NCBI GenBank assembly: GCA_030704615.1
Contig: CM060731.1
Span: 47,182,001-47,246,000 of the forward strand
DNA from: Takakia lepidozioides
Lineage: Eukaryota; Plantae; Bryophyta
Reading direction: 5' to 3'
DNA: 64,000 nucleotides
In this document: positions 1 through 12,925 of the stretch, piece after piece
Position numbering within the stretch: position 1 is the first letter of the stretch
How the letters are laid out: each line of letters opens with the position of its first letter
Made by a program: the position numbers and the translations under genes
Notes under the pieces: generated by a model
Database searches by the model: none
The model's input: only the letters and a program-made list of their open reading frames with translations
Told to the model about the DNA's origin: nothing

Positions 1-221
1 AACCAAATCCTCATTGCACAATAGCACTGAATCTGGACAGTACTTACCTACTACATCTAGACGTAATCTAGAGCAAGAAGTGAACGTGGTTTAAGAATCT
101 GGATTGAGCAACTTGTAATTGTACACTCCTGTGCGAGCTAGGAAGGGATTTTTCAAGCGAATTAGCAGATATTTAAATTACACATGTATGATTAATTGAT
201 AGTTTGTCGGTAAGTACTCAC

Positions 222-1525
222 TGTTGCAATTGTTGCGCTAAGTCAAGATTGAATATTCTGTCGTGCTCACCCCACACTAGAAGGGCTTCCTGCAAATGCC
301 AAATTCTCGCAGTTAGAATCCTTCGTCTTAACCTGGCGTGCGACGATAACTCGTCCTCGATTTGAGCATCTACAGCACTTGTACAGGTCTCAACTAAACT
401 AGGACGATTTCAAAATTTAAATATTATGAAGAAAAGCTTGCGAGAGAAATGCTGGAACTGGACATCGATCATGTGTACAAAATTTATAGAGAGAATGATC
501 AGGACTTGCAGACAACTGACCTGTGTAATGGTCGGCAGAGGCCTCGCAAGGTCCGTGCCAATGATCAGCGCTTGTAACAACTCAATCCTTTCTTCTCTCA
601 TGTCTTCGTATAGGACCTGTTTGATGCGGTCGGAGAAAAATTATCAGACTGTTGGCATACAATGGTCAAGGAGGAAGGTTCAATCTTGCAGATCATACTA
701 TTTCCCGTGGCCAACTTACAATTCACCCAGGTGTAGAAAGATCAATATGTCTTCAAGAATCTAGTCAAACTTTTATTAAAATCATTCCCAAATTAATGCA
801 ACATGATGAGACTGGTTTGGCGAGATGTATATTACCTTGAGAATGTCTCGGCACAGGAAGCCAGGAAGGTGATGTGGCTTGTAGCTTCCAAGATTTAGAG
901 TAGTTCTCAGTCCTTTCTCAGTCACAGGCAGAAGAACCTCTGTGATATCTGACGCGCCACACAGTTCCAGCACCTCATCATTTGAACTTGGGACCATGCA
1001 CACGCCCGTGCTACAGAAGATAACTCTGGTGACAAGGCTAGGAAAGAGATGAGCCATACGGAAGGCGACCATGCCACCATAGCTTGTGCCTAGCACAGTG
1101 ACCGCTGATACACCTAGCTCTTGCAGCATCTTCGCCATACATTCCGCCTGAAAAGACTCTGAGCGCTGCAAGGATACCGTTGTCGACTCCCCAAAGAACA
1201 ATAAATCTGGTATGTACAAAGAGTAGTGTTTCCCAAACGATGCCACCTGATTTTCCCAGTTAAGCATACCGTTCCCCATGAACCCATGGATAAGCAGAAG
1301 TGCTGGCTTCTGACTTCTGCTATTATCTACAATTGTGGCCGCATTGTGCACCTTCTGACTAGTCATTCTTCTGTCTGTTGGAAGGTTGTCTCTGGGGACC
1401 CAGCAGTGCATGGTCGTCCCGTCACTAAGTTCTATAAGCTTAGATTGCAAACCTTGACTTTTGTAATAGGCTCGTAGCCTGTTCAGTTTGAATTCCACCA
1501 AACTAATGTTAAAACAACCCACCAT
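222..1525 (-). CDS. Alpha/beta-hydrolase fold protein (plant abhydrolase family), paralog 1; 3' end runs off the window
   Basis: Exons 1525-836, 616-521 and 289-222 join in frame at GT-AG junctions. Motifs: LLLIHGF, LYIPDLLFFGES, nucleophile GTSYGG, LLVWGEHDRIF. The final His-containing exon is not in the window. Confidence 0.9.
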
Positions 1526-1592
1526 GTTACGTTTGCTGGAAGATGAGAGCTTGTGTGCAGGCTGAGCGATGGGATGCTAGCGGATGTACTTC

Positions 1593-1760
1593 AATCCAGA
1601 TATGGGGACGCAACTCCTGATAGTGATTGAGAAAGAGATAGCGCGGGGGCGAGAGAGAGAGCCGTAGGTAACAACTTCGTCAATCCAGATATTACTCCTG
1701 ATATTGACTGAGAGAGAGATAGCGCGGAGGCGAGAGGGAGAGCCGTAGGTAACAACTTCG
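1593..1760. repeat. Two-copy ~80-88 bp tandem duplication upstream of hydrolase 1
   Basis: caatccagatat...gagatagcgcgg...gagccgtaggtaacaacttcg occurs twice (~1593-1680 and 1681-1760). Confidence 0.8.
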
Positions 1761-1962
1761 AATATAACAGTAAGGACCACTTCAATAGATGTAAAGGGGG
1801 CAACAGAGTCTAACAAATCGTTTGTGCCAGAGAAATTAGACTGGAATCGGGAACTCTGGACACAAACACAGTGTGCTCCTAAAATGTCGAGGAGATGACG
1901 ATGACTGGAAAATCTGCTAGAAAGACTTTGACGTCAAGCTAACAAAAGAAGCTCGCGAAATC

Positions 1963-2180
1963 AGAAGAAAGCCCTGATGAAGAACTGCAAGCTCAGAACA
2001 AGAACGGAAAAGTTACAGAATCAGATATTAAAACGGGTCTCCCCAGTTCAGCAGCTTCAAGAAGGAAAAAGAGGAAAAAGAAGAAAGCCGGTGAAGAACA
2101 AGCTCAGACAAGAATGGAAAAGCTACAGAATCAACTTAAAACGGGTCTCCTCAGTTCAGCAGCTTCAAGAAAGAAAAAGG
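1963..2180. repeat. Two-copy ~110-120 bp tandem duplication in the hydrolase/NSE1 divergent intergenic region
   Basis: caagctcaga...ggaaaag.tacagaatca...taaaacgggtctcc.cagttcagcagcttcaagaa occurs twice. Confidence 0.8.
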
Positions 2181-2911
2181 GAGGCAAAAAGACAAATTAG
2201 ATCAAGCGACGGCACTGACTTAAACAGACATATATATAGCTCGGCTCATCATCTCCAAGGGAAAGTGCTTCACGACAACAGCTACCGCGTCTGGGTCGGC
2301 GACCCCTTTCACCAGTGCCCGTTGACACGCCCTCCATCAATCAGAGCCTCCTGCGTGTCTGACAGCATCGGAGCCTTCCTAGTAGAAGGCCGTCCAGTAC
2401 GTAAGAGAAGCATCACAGATATTTCTTGCCGTCACGCCATCTGCGCTTGCAGTGGAAACTGCGTGGCAAAGTTCTTCTTTTTATTTCTTCTTGTCCTTGT
2501 CATTCGTTGTTCACCAGGAAACAAGTGTGAGAAAGCAACAGTCTAACTGCACGGAGCAGCACTTGGCTCATGACACCCGGCGGGTTGTAGGTTTACTCTC
2601 AAGGCAATTAATTGCGTCATCACATTAGTTTGTAAGGATTGAACCCAGGATCACCTTTGTTATAACACAACCACTGGCCATCCAGCCCATGGGCAGAAAA
2701 CATTCATCTAAGTTTTGTCTATCGTCGTTCATCTGACTCTCATCCATCCACAACGGACGAGAGACGTCCATCCAGGGAAGCAAAAGGCGGGAAACTCTCC
2801 CAAGAATTGCGCGAGAGATCGAAAGAGAGAGAGAGAGAGACAGACAGAGCGGGGGGAATATGCAGAGTGGGGTTTTGGTTTGATCGAAACAAGAATTGGA
2901 GGGGCGTGGCC

Positions 2912-5900
2912 ATGGTGAACCTGGACGAGCGACATCAAACATTCGTGCAGGCGCTCATGAGGCGGGGACCTCTGCCTGAAAAAGAATCCAAGATTATGTT
3001 CGAGACTCTTTTTCGATGTCCCGGTGGTACTATCCAGCTCTATTCTCTTTCCTCTCTTGATTCCAACTCCTCTTTGATCGTGCATGGTATCGGGATCGTG
3101 AAAAAATCAAAATTCTGTCTTGATAAGATGTCCAACCTGGCCGAATTGGCGTCGTAATTTGTGGAAACGATATTTATTTCCTACTACAAGGTGGAAACTG
3201 GAAACTGTCCATGCTTTTGAATCCGCCAGCACTCAAACACGATATAAGCAGAGGTCTGAGACCTTACATTGATATTATTTGTCTCGTTATTGACATTCGT
3301 GGCACAGGATGTCGCAACTGCCAGGGATTCCAGGGGAACTTAGCCTAGAGACCCCATATTGAGACAAAAATTGTATAATTACCACTCTTGATGTCGTCCC
3401 CATCCAATCGAAGAGGATTTTTACTTTTGAAATACCTTCTCAAGTCTCAAAACTCCTCTCCTGCGTCCCTTGTGTTCTTGGATGAGGATGAGCTTGAATA
3501 TACTCTATGGATGGCTGCTCGATATACAACGAAGGGAGGCCTGGAGTGATTCTGCCACGAGAGTGGTTGTGGTCAACTTTATTTGGATACATTTACTAAT
3601 CTCCTATGTTCGTTAGAACTGGTAACCCTGTGTGATCAAGCCTGTGTGGTCAAATGTAGCTCAAGTGCATGAGCCACGCTCCTGCCTTGCACAGTGCAAG
3701 GTTTGCATTGTAGTGAATTCTCCCAAGTCAAAATTAGCAAATTCTACGAGTTTTTTTTGGCACACTGAGACGTGGGTCCAATATGCTGACACTGTCGTCT
3801 GTGCCTGTCAAAATTTGCAGACGGATTTTGTGACTTTCTAGCAGCAGTAAACAAGGAGCTAGAGTATGTCGAAATGGAAGTGAGAGGAAGCGCATATCAA
3901 TACGACGGCATGGTGTATTATGGCATCGTCAACAAGCTGGTCGGTGAACAAGCGAAGCTGGGGACGCGCTACACGCATGTGCAAATATCCTTCTTCAAAG
4001 CTGTCGTAAGTTGTGCTTCTTCCATTTTGCTGAGTTGTGATCACTGCCTTGCACAGTAAACAATTTCCTGTTTTTCTTTTCAAGCAGATGTGGTTTATGG
4101 CTTTAAGGAAAGGTTGCCGGTTTTTTGTAGTTTTGCAGAGAATTTGAAGGCCATAGGGCTTGCAAGTTAGTTTGTATGAGCAGGTCTCCAAAAACTGTTT
4201 GTTTGAGTCTATATAAGTGGGCATGGATGATTTTAGATGGAGGAGATATTGCAAGACTCTACAGGAAGTGGGGTCATAACAAGTATGCAGGCCCTCAATC
4301 TTCATCTTGATCGTCAGGCATAACATTCTCCCTTTCTCTTCTACCATTTTCAACTTTTGGAAATCGATGTATATGGCCTAATCCATTAATGTATGCCTGT
4401 CAAAACATATTTTTCATTCTGCTGTTGATCCACTCAGAGCTTGTTATACATTGTCCAAGGAATCTGAGTATTTACGAGTTCTTGTACTTCGAAGGAAAAA
4501 TCCAGGTTGTTCATTTGACAATGACCATGTTCAAGAGGAAGGCTGCCTGTCTATGCGATGTGCTTTGTTTCAGACCTCAGCTGACATGAAAACATCTATC
4601 ATGGAAAGATACTTTGTTGACGATGGTTCTGAGGCTGGCAGTTTAACACTTTTGGATTGAAAGCCAACCTGTGAGAACATGTCTACATTGCTTGTGGCCA
4701 TGCCTTAATCCAACCAACACTATTCTTCTGCTCTTTTAGCACTCATTCTGTAAATCAAAAGAGCATGTATACTCATGATAAATTTTGAGGGGTATAGGGA
4801 GACCAGCAGTCACAAGCAGAATGCAGCAAAGCAATGCATTCCACGCGACTGACTCTTGCAGCCAAAGAAGAGACTCTTGCAAGCTTGATGTCTGATCAAT
4901 GGTTGAGCCGCACGGACAAAGGACAGGTGGCCTTAGGTGTGAGGGCCTTTCTGGAGCTTCGGAGCCTGTTTAAGAACTTTCATGTTCCTTTCTGTGATGT
5001 TTGCAATGAGGCTGGCATTAAGGTACGGAGGTTTGTTCTCTGTAAAATCATTCAGGACACGTTCCTTGCTTCATCATGAAAGGGATGTTAGATTATTTTT
5101 TAAAGGACTATGATGAGCCTCAGCTTTCCATGAAGCTGAAGAGGAAATTTACACAGGCGTGGAGAGGCTGGATGCACTGGAAAACCATCACTAATAATTA
5201 ATGGTGGAGGGGAAACTGCTTCCATTTTCAGAGGACAGTGCTTTCAACCAACAATCACACGGTGTGTGGGTGATGGTGGGCAGGCACAGCCTTGCCAAAA
5301 TGAAGACTGTAATGTGCGTATGCACAGCTACTGTGTGCCCCGAAAATATCATTGCTCCCAGGTATTTCTTGGACCTTCCCTTTTGTTGGCCTGTCAATCA
5401 TTAGACTGAATCAGGCATTACGATGGAGCATGTTTGTTCCTCTTTCATCTCAGTTGCCCAGCTATAAACTCAATTTTGCTCCAGTTTAGGAGCTTCAATT
5501 GGCACTGGAATGCCATTGGCTTGTAGATCTTAGGCAGCATTAAGTGACCAATGCTCCACATTTGGCACGAATATGGAAGAATCAGTTTGCATGAACTCCC
5601 GCCCACTCCATACCAAGATTGATTCCAAGTGGAGATCAGTAGGTTCCCTTTTCCCCAGCTCGGTTAACCAGCACACAGAGAGAAACAAAAGTTTTCATGT
5701 CCACTGGAAAGAAATATAAACCGTCGCCCGGAGTGTTGGCTATGACAAACCATCACCCCTCCTGGAGGAGGTCCTTGGGTCGACACTCACAATGTTTTGA
5801 AACTCCGCCCAGAATGGCCATGGCTCCAGGGTTTCTTGATTGATTTAAAGGGCTGGCATCAACATGGTTCTTGCAACATAAAGTTGGTTCCAGAGTCAAT

Positions 5901-6258
5901 GTAGTCCGCTGGTTCACATAGACTGTGAGCATATGCTCATGGATACAATAAAGCCTTGTCATGCAAACCTTGTGGCAGGGCAAGATTTGCATAGAGGGAA
6001 TTTTGAACTCTTGTGAATTATGGCTGTTGGCAGGTGGCTAGAGTATGCCCAGGATGTGGGACAGACTGGAAAGCTGGAGACAATGATGAAGATGACAACC
6101 ATGATCTTTCAGTCACCAACCAAGATGAAGAAGAAGACCGTGAGGGGGAAGATACCGAAGGGTTGGATGAGGCTGCTGAAGGAATCTCTTCCCCTGTAGA
6201 ACCTGTGAGACAGCTCCGCAGCAGGTCGAAGTCAAAATGTTTTCGGCAGAGACAGTAG
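2912..6258 (+). CDS. NSE1: Non-SMC element 1 of the SMC5/6 complex (winged-helix plus RING-like domains)
   Basis: Exons 2912-3026, 3821-4005, 4237-4317, 4798-5022, 5284-5361, 6034-6258 are in frame. Motifs: RHQTFVQALMRRGPL, YYGIVNK, LGTRYT, LGVRAFLELRSLF, CDVCNEAGIK..C...DCNVRMHSYC...CPGCGTDW, acidic tail. Intron 3 needs a GC donor. Confidence 0.92.
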
Positions 6259-9200
6259 GACTTTCATCCAGGAAGATATGTGATATTCCTCATCATCCAC
6301 CATGCAGCTCGATGGTTAGGGCATGGCTGTAATTCAATGCAAGTGGTCAGAGTCGAAGTGTCAAAAGAGTTGCCTGTTCAAGGATCAAATGCATCAGCCG
6401 TCTCCCCAAATTGTAATTTGACAGGGCATGCAAGGTCTCCACAAAAGGGAATCTCACTCATCTGTTCAAGTAGCATTGCAAAAAACTCTGGCATCTCATC
6501 CATATTAATCTCAGGAAGCAGGGATGCTGGAGTGGCATGATCTGCTGCATGAGGTCCAGTGCCAATTGAAGCTCAACCTCAATGGTTTGAACGTTTGAAC
6601 ACACATACACTTTGGAGGCTTTAGGTGATCATATGCGGATAGAGTAAACTTGCCGATCTATTTCAACTTGAATTGTTGACCAGAAACTGTGTTGAGTACC
6701 ATCTTCTCCGTCAATCTTTCTGTAGACGTTTCTTTCTCTCGCACAACATTCCTGAAGCATACATGTATCAAAGAATGACATATTTTGGTGTGATCCTATT
6801 ATTACCGCCTGCTTATAACCGCCCTGATGATATGCAGTTGATAACCATTTCTACTCTTTTGTCTTGATCAATGTTAGATGAGAGGAAGCGGATTGGCATT
6901 GTTTCGTTAAAGGGTAGTTACTAAGTACAAACAACCCCTTGTGGTTCAATTGTAGACCTTCAGGTAAATTTCCCAGGTCTTCATATCAGTATATGGCTCT
7001 CATGACTATGATCTCCTGGAATCAGAAGGAGGCTGGAATTCGTGTGTGATGTACCACAGCTAGGTCGCTGTGCACGACATCATAAATCCAGCTAGTATAA
7101 TGCATATACTTGTACATTTGTCAAGAAATTACTTCCTTCGTAGAATTCTTCTCTTGTGCTCATATTGTTCTCTGAATCTGAACCTAGACAAAAGGCATGA
7201 GTCCTCCAAACAGTTTCTATACATTGGGCTAAGAGCTGGTTAGAGTCACTGGTGGAATGTCTGAAAACCTTTTTAGGGCAGCAGCACTCTGGTCCTGTTG
7301 ACTTTGGGCATAGATCTGGTTGATTGGATTGCCGTCCGCAACAAGATTCCATGTTCAGTCTCTATGTTGTAAAGCTGCAACCTTTTGGATGCTGAGACCG
7401 ATAAATAACAGCCATTGCAGGATTCAGAGAAGTTTTGGGACCCCAAGTTTTGACACGGAACTTGGCTCATCAAACCATTTGAGGTCTAGAAAGAATCATT
7501 GCCCGATTTCACCATTTGACATTTCATAGGACAAATTTTAGAGTGAAGTACCAACACTCATGCAGAGAACTATTATTGGCACTCACAGAGACACTAAATC
7601 TGCATCTAGGGAAAAAGGTTGAGGGATGCAAGTAACAAGGCAGTATCATGCCTAGCATGGAGAGCTCTAGTAGGAACACCCCCACTTAAATCATGATTGT
7701 GGAGTGACACTGGTCACAGGTAGCACAAGCACTTTAACCAGGGCATCACAGAGTCTCTTGTCTCTTCCAGCAGAGAGAGGAGCGAGGAAAAGAATGGGCT
7801 GTCCTGTATGATCCTTGGCAACATTTGAGGCCACAAAGTCAAAAGCTTTGCAACATTTGCTGTATACGCGAGGTTGGCAATTTTATTGAACATCAAGAGC
7901 ACCAAGCATCATATGTTTCAAAAGTCTTTTCTCCAGCAGCTGAACTCCAGCACAGCTTGCATCAGCCTCCATTCTTTAAAAATAATCAGTCAAAGAGGGT
8001 AGCCCTGGGTGGCTGGAGATGCACTAGATACAAAGTTGCATCACTAGCCTTGGCCTAGAGAGAGGGGGGCTGGTAAGCCAAGCTGGAAAATGTTGAACAA
8101 GTGAAAACTTCATCAGCACTAAGGCCTCTAGAGAATGGTGAGTTTGACATTGAGGTACAAATGCCTGAACAAATATACACTGAACATTCTTGCGAGGGAC
8201 CAGTTCCATTATACAGCATTAACCAATCTTACAAAGCCACAGTAGCCCATACCAGGGCGTATGGTCACCTTAGTCGAAGAATAATGACCTACACTGTTGC
8301 ACTTCAGGCTTACGAAAAATTCCAAGGGACATGAGCTGCACTGGGGGAACCCCGGGGAACCAGGCACCAGAGAGTCGCAATGAAGGTGCAGCTGACTCAT
8401 ACCACTTACTACCATAGCTTAAGGTCTCGAGGGGGACCTTCAGTCCAATTTAGCACAGCATGCCCCGGCTCTAAATAGACGCCACTGTCATGTGGCAGCT
8501 TGCGTGCCAAGCCATTCAATATTTGGTCGAAAGCATCCCCTGTTGTGCAGGCTGCGGGAATAGCATCGCTTGTTTGTGAGGGTTACTTACCCTATCATGG
8601 CCAGACTAGGGGTGTCGAAGGTGAATTCTGTGTGACACTCAGGATTACCATCTCAAGCTAATCACCACAGGTATGTCCTTTCCTCAGTTCTAGAGTCGAC
8701 ATATTCAACAGATTTGTGGGAAAGGAGACAAAATACGTGTCCAAAACATGCCCTTAATTAACCACGTAAAACAAGAAGACGAGATGCCGTGAAAGACAAA
8801 GAAAGGAAGAAGAGATGGAAGCAAGAAATCGCAAGAAACAAATGGGAGCAATAGCAGTTCTGGCGAAAAACAAGCTACTGATGCCGTCAGTCACTAAGAC
8901 ATACCTTACAAGAGGCCAAGATCATACTTGAAATACAAGAACTCAGTGCAGGAGCCGAGACTTGGTTCTGCATTGCAGCGATTGCACGTGGCTGGCGAGC
9001 TGTTCTAAAGTGACACACGGAGGGCTCAGGAGAGATGCAAGATGTGACAAACGACGATCTTACAAATCCCAAGAACGATATGGCAGTTTTCTCTTTGAGC
9101 ACAGGTGTGATTTGTTTCTCAAGCTGCACATAGAGATCAACAAGCAGGGAGACTGCTCCTGTACCATGGAAGAACCGACAAGATAGCAGAGAACGCAAGA

Positions 9201-9402
9201 GTCCTTAGTGATTCCATTCTCGACGTCTTCAAGAATCCCCATTTTGAAATGGGAAAAGGTTGTGCAGCATCTATCATGTAGGATCTCCCTTTATTAGATC
9301 GGTGTATGAAACCCCTCCCTTCTCAAGCCCGCATGGGCCTTCCCCTCGCTGCAACACACCTTTCTCCTGTTTGTTTTCCGGTTAATTTTCGGGCAGTCCG
9401 GG

Positions 9403-9660
9403 CACGTTTCAAGAAAATCGACGTTGATGACGTGGCTACGAAACGTGGCGATGACGACGTGGCACTATGACACCCTACTCCTGCTCTACGCTAAACCATT
9501 GATGACGTGGTTACGAAACGTTACAACGATGACGTGTCTATGATGACGTGGCCACGAAACGTGACGATAATGACGTGGCACTATGGCACCCTATTCCTAG
9601 TCGTCGCTAGAATACTTCGTCCCAATTTTGTTTTGAAAAAAATTGTTTCTACGTCACATC
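9403..9660. repeat. Short-period repeat cluster rich in ACGT cores (TGACGTGG / AAACGTG)
   Basis: About 12 ACGT cores in ~250 bp; units of gatgacgtgg..acgaaacgt; gacgtggcactatg.caccct occurs twice. Confidence 0.75.
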
Positions 9661-10099
9661 GTGTCCAATGGCTTTGGTTGAGTTTTGTATGAGGCAGTTG
9701 ATTTCCATCAATTTTGTAGCTACAGTTTGTTTAAACTTTTTTCAGGGAACACTGACTTCAGACTCTGCACTATCAGTGGAAGAAGAGAGGTCTTTCTCCT
9801 TTAGTATGGGAAAACTTTGTTTGTAATTCGTTTTCTGTTGACTTGGAAGGTTTTGTCTGGACAGGAAGGATTGGCATTTCTCCCTTGCATGGAAGGGGTT
9901 GAATTAAAAGGGATTGTTTCTGACCTGTCATGTGGGGGGGATGAGCAGGGGTAGGAGGATTGGGGGAAGATAGTGGTTTCAGAAGTTTGTTCTCAGCAAA
10001 ACTATATTGGACTCTCTGCAGGTCTTCTGACGCTTACAAGACCCACCGCAGGAGGTTCTGGCAGCGCACTTAGTCTCACCCACTCTCGTTATAATTGGC

Positions 10100-10550
10100 C
10101 ATGTAATGGCCATCTCCTACCTCAGGCCTTTCAAGGGTACAAGAGGAGAGGTTGAAAAATTAGATTAGACAGAAGAGAGCAACGTTCTAGAAGATTCTGG
10201 TGTGCTGATCCACCTCTTCCAAGCCAACAGACAATGGCAAATGCTGTGATCTGAGAAGTAATTGGATGGATGCATCTTGAAACAAACAATTGATCTTCAC
10301 TGATTATTGTATCATTTGGTTGCCGTGCTATTCAATTGAAAAGCAGACCAGATTGTTGAACGACCTATGCACATATTCCTCCAAGCAGGTGCCACTATTA
10401 CAAGATTGCACCATGAGGATTCTCTCCAAAGCTATTTCCCATCTCATTGCATTGGAAGTCTCCCTTGTCATACTCAGTGAATGAACCTTACCTCTTTGGT
10501 GTGTGTACATGTAGCTTGAAGGGTCCTCTCAGCAGGGGACAAGGAAACAA
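10100..10550 (-). pseudogene. Possible highly degenerate LTR-retrotransposon gag remnant
   Basis: Minus-frame peptide ALERILMVQSCNSGTCLEEYVHRSFNNLV resembles the gag Q-x4-SVEEY-x3-F motif; many stops. Confidence 0.3.
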
Positions 10551-11209
10551 GTCCCGCATGCACATGCACCCATCTCAAGGGAATGTTCTTCTCTCTGCAG
10601 TTTGGTGGGTTCTGTCTCCTCTCAATGCTCCAACCCAAGTTTCCATAATAGTCTACAAGTTGGATGTCGATTCCACCTGCCTAGATTTTACAGCGTCAGA
10701 TACCGTTAGAATCCCGTCTGAGCTACAAGACTCCCTCAGATCATGTGCTGTACAAAGACCAGATGTCTACCCTGTAGAACGATTCCCATCAGAAGATCAG
10801 CGAGCTACAGTAAGTCAGGTTGTAGAACGATTTTCCTCCATACCTGAGCTACAGAAACTCTCTCAAATCAGTTGCTGTACACAGATCAGATGCTGTTGTT
10901 GCAGACTAGTTCCCCTCTCTCTGAATGAAGGAACTCGTGGGGCTAGAGAAAGTCGGGGTTGCAGAATCACTCCTCTTCATCTTGGAGCTACTCAACTCAT
11001 AAGAGCTACAGAAACCTCCCAATAATTTGTTGTAATAAGAACAGATGACAATCCCCATGCCGTGCTATATAATGGGCTTTGCAAACTCAGCTCAGGTACA
11101 TAAAGGGGTTTACTAATCTGATCATGTGTGTTCTTCCTTTGCAAAATTATTCTCCTTCCCCATGAAACTAATTGGGAGATACTCCCAAGCACCTTACTGA
11201 AGAAACCAG

Positions 11210-12282
11210 TCAACCGAAAGCGGCGTGAATCTTCTTCTGCAGTTGCTCAATGCTGAGCCGTGGAGAAAACCGTGGCAGAACTTCCTGCACACACAGGAAC
11301 GCTGCAGTTATGCTACCCAAATTACACCTTCAAGAAAAGCCCCCACTTTCCCACGAAAGGAAAAGATGAAAGGGGGCCATGTATGTAAGAAGGAGCATCA
11401 TCTGCTCAGGTTTCTTGAGAGGGCTTTCTCGGTTGGAATAGAGATATACGAAGGAATAAAATGAGGGCATGGTAGAAGGGAAGTAAAACCCTACAGGATT
11501 GTATCGAGGGCACTCTGTACCTTAACCCTTCAACATGTCCAGTCGATGCCAACCAAGTGTAACATGGCAAGAAAGGGTTAGCATACCTCAGAGTTGTCCG
11601 ATTTACGCCGGGCCAAGACAGGAATTTCGTACTGGTAGGATTTCAACCACTCCTCATTTGTAGTTATATCCCGCACCTGCACTATCACACCATCCCCAGG
11701 GCAAGGAATTCAAGCAGTGAGGAATAACACTAATTTTACGCTAAACACTTTGGGAGACCCACATCCCATATCTTTGTGCCGAGCAATTTCAAAAACCAAG
11801 ACCCACACATCCATCTCTGACAGAGGACGACGTACCTCCAGGGTCACATCAGACACGGAGTCCTCGCCGCCCATCATAAACACAAGCTGAAGCTTCTCCT
11901 TCAGACCATCACACAGGCAGCAGCCTGGTTTGCTATACAAAACCAGCCGTCGTCTCTGCACTTGCTCTGTCTGTTCCGTCTCATTTACCAAAGTACCATC
12001 TCGTACACTACATTTTGTTTCCCTTTGCACCAAATTCTCGTTGGAGACATGCCAAACACTAGTGTTTGAAATTCTCCTCGCCGGACCTTTCAAGGCAGAT
12101 GATATGAAGTGCGGCGAGCACTTGTGCTGAGCCACTATTAAAGACGAACCCCTTGCTGGTAACGAACCTCTTGCCGAGTTCAAAACATGGGTGCAAAGAA
12201 ATCTGGCTGCCAAGAAGCCAACACGTTCAATCTGAGAGAATGTGCCATGAGGGGAAGGTCGTAAAAGAGAGGAGGAGACCAT
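11210..12282 (-). CDS. Glutaredoxin-like protein (DUF836 / thioredoxin fold) with a probable N-terminal organellar transit peptide
   Basis: Exons 12282-11836, 11676-11587, 11284-11210 with GT-AG junctions. Motifs: LVLYSKPGCCLCDGLKEKL, VRDITTNEEWLKSYQYEIPVL, LPRFSPRLS. Ser/Arg-rich N-terminus. Confidence 0.9.
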
Positions 12283-12450
12283 GGCCTTCCCTCTCTAGAA
12301 CTTCTTCGGAAACATGAGCCACCTACAGACTTCTCGGATTTGATGGGCCTTCTGAAGAAAGAATCAACTGATTAAGTATAGCTTGATAGCTTGATTAGCA
12401 ATTTGATAAGTAGAATGAGCCCAAACCTCAAACCTTGGTTTGTGCCCATG

Positions 12451-12480
12451 TTGGGTTGGGTTGGGTTGGGTTGGGTTGGT
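12451..12480. repeat. (TTGGG)5-6 pentanucleotide tract in a bidirectional promoter
   Basis: ttgggttgggttgggttgggttgggttggt lies between divergent ATGs at 12282 (-) and 12926 (+). Confidence 0.9.
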
Positions 12481-12925
12481 AGCCGGTCTTTGTTGCTGAA
12501 CCTAACCAACTGGCCCGGTGGCAATTTTGTGGAGGCCAAGAGTGTGTGAGAGTGTTAGCCAACCGTGACTGGTTGATGGGAACGAAAGGATCGATTTGCT
12601 TCCTCTTTCCCCATCTCATGCGTTTGCGAGACGATTTGGGGCGGAGAGAGAAGGATTGATGAGAATGAGTATGTGGGTGATTACTTGGATTTCGATTCTC
12701 AAATGGGGCAGATATTGTGCCTTTAGAGGACTGTCATAGTAACTATGGCGTTGCGGGCCACAGACTCTTATCGAAAAGAAATTGGGTTGCATCATGACGG
12801 AGAAGTGGATGTCATTGAAGGGGTGTAGTCCAGTTGTTAGAGAGAGGAGCCAACAAACGCAGACAGGCAAAGAACGACAAGTTTACCCGCAGATGGAAGC
12901 GGTGTAGCAGACCTGTTGAGAGAAG

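Noticed and set aside
1977-2546. 189-aa ORF between hydrolase 1 and NSE1
   Set aside because: Largely produced by an A-rich tandem duplication; no recognisable domain.
10447-11025. 192-aa plus-strand ORF
   Set aside because: No recognisable motifs; contains internal DNA duplications and lies beside a probable retroelement remnant.
12451-12480. Interstitial telomere
   Set aside because: The unit is TTGGG, not plant TTTAGGG, and there are only 5-6 copies.
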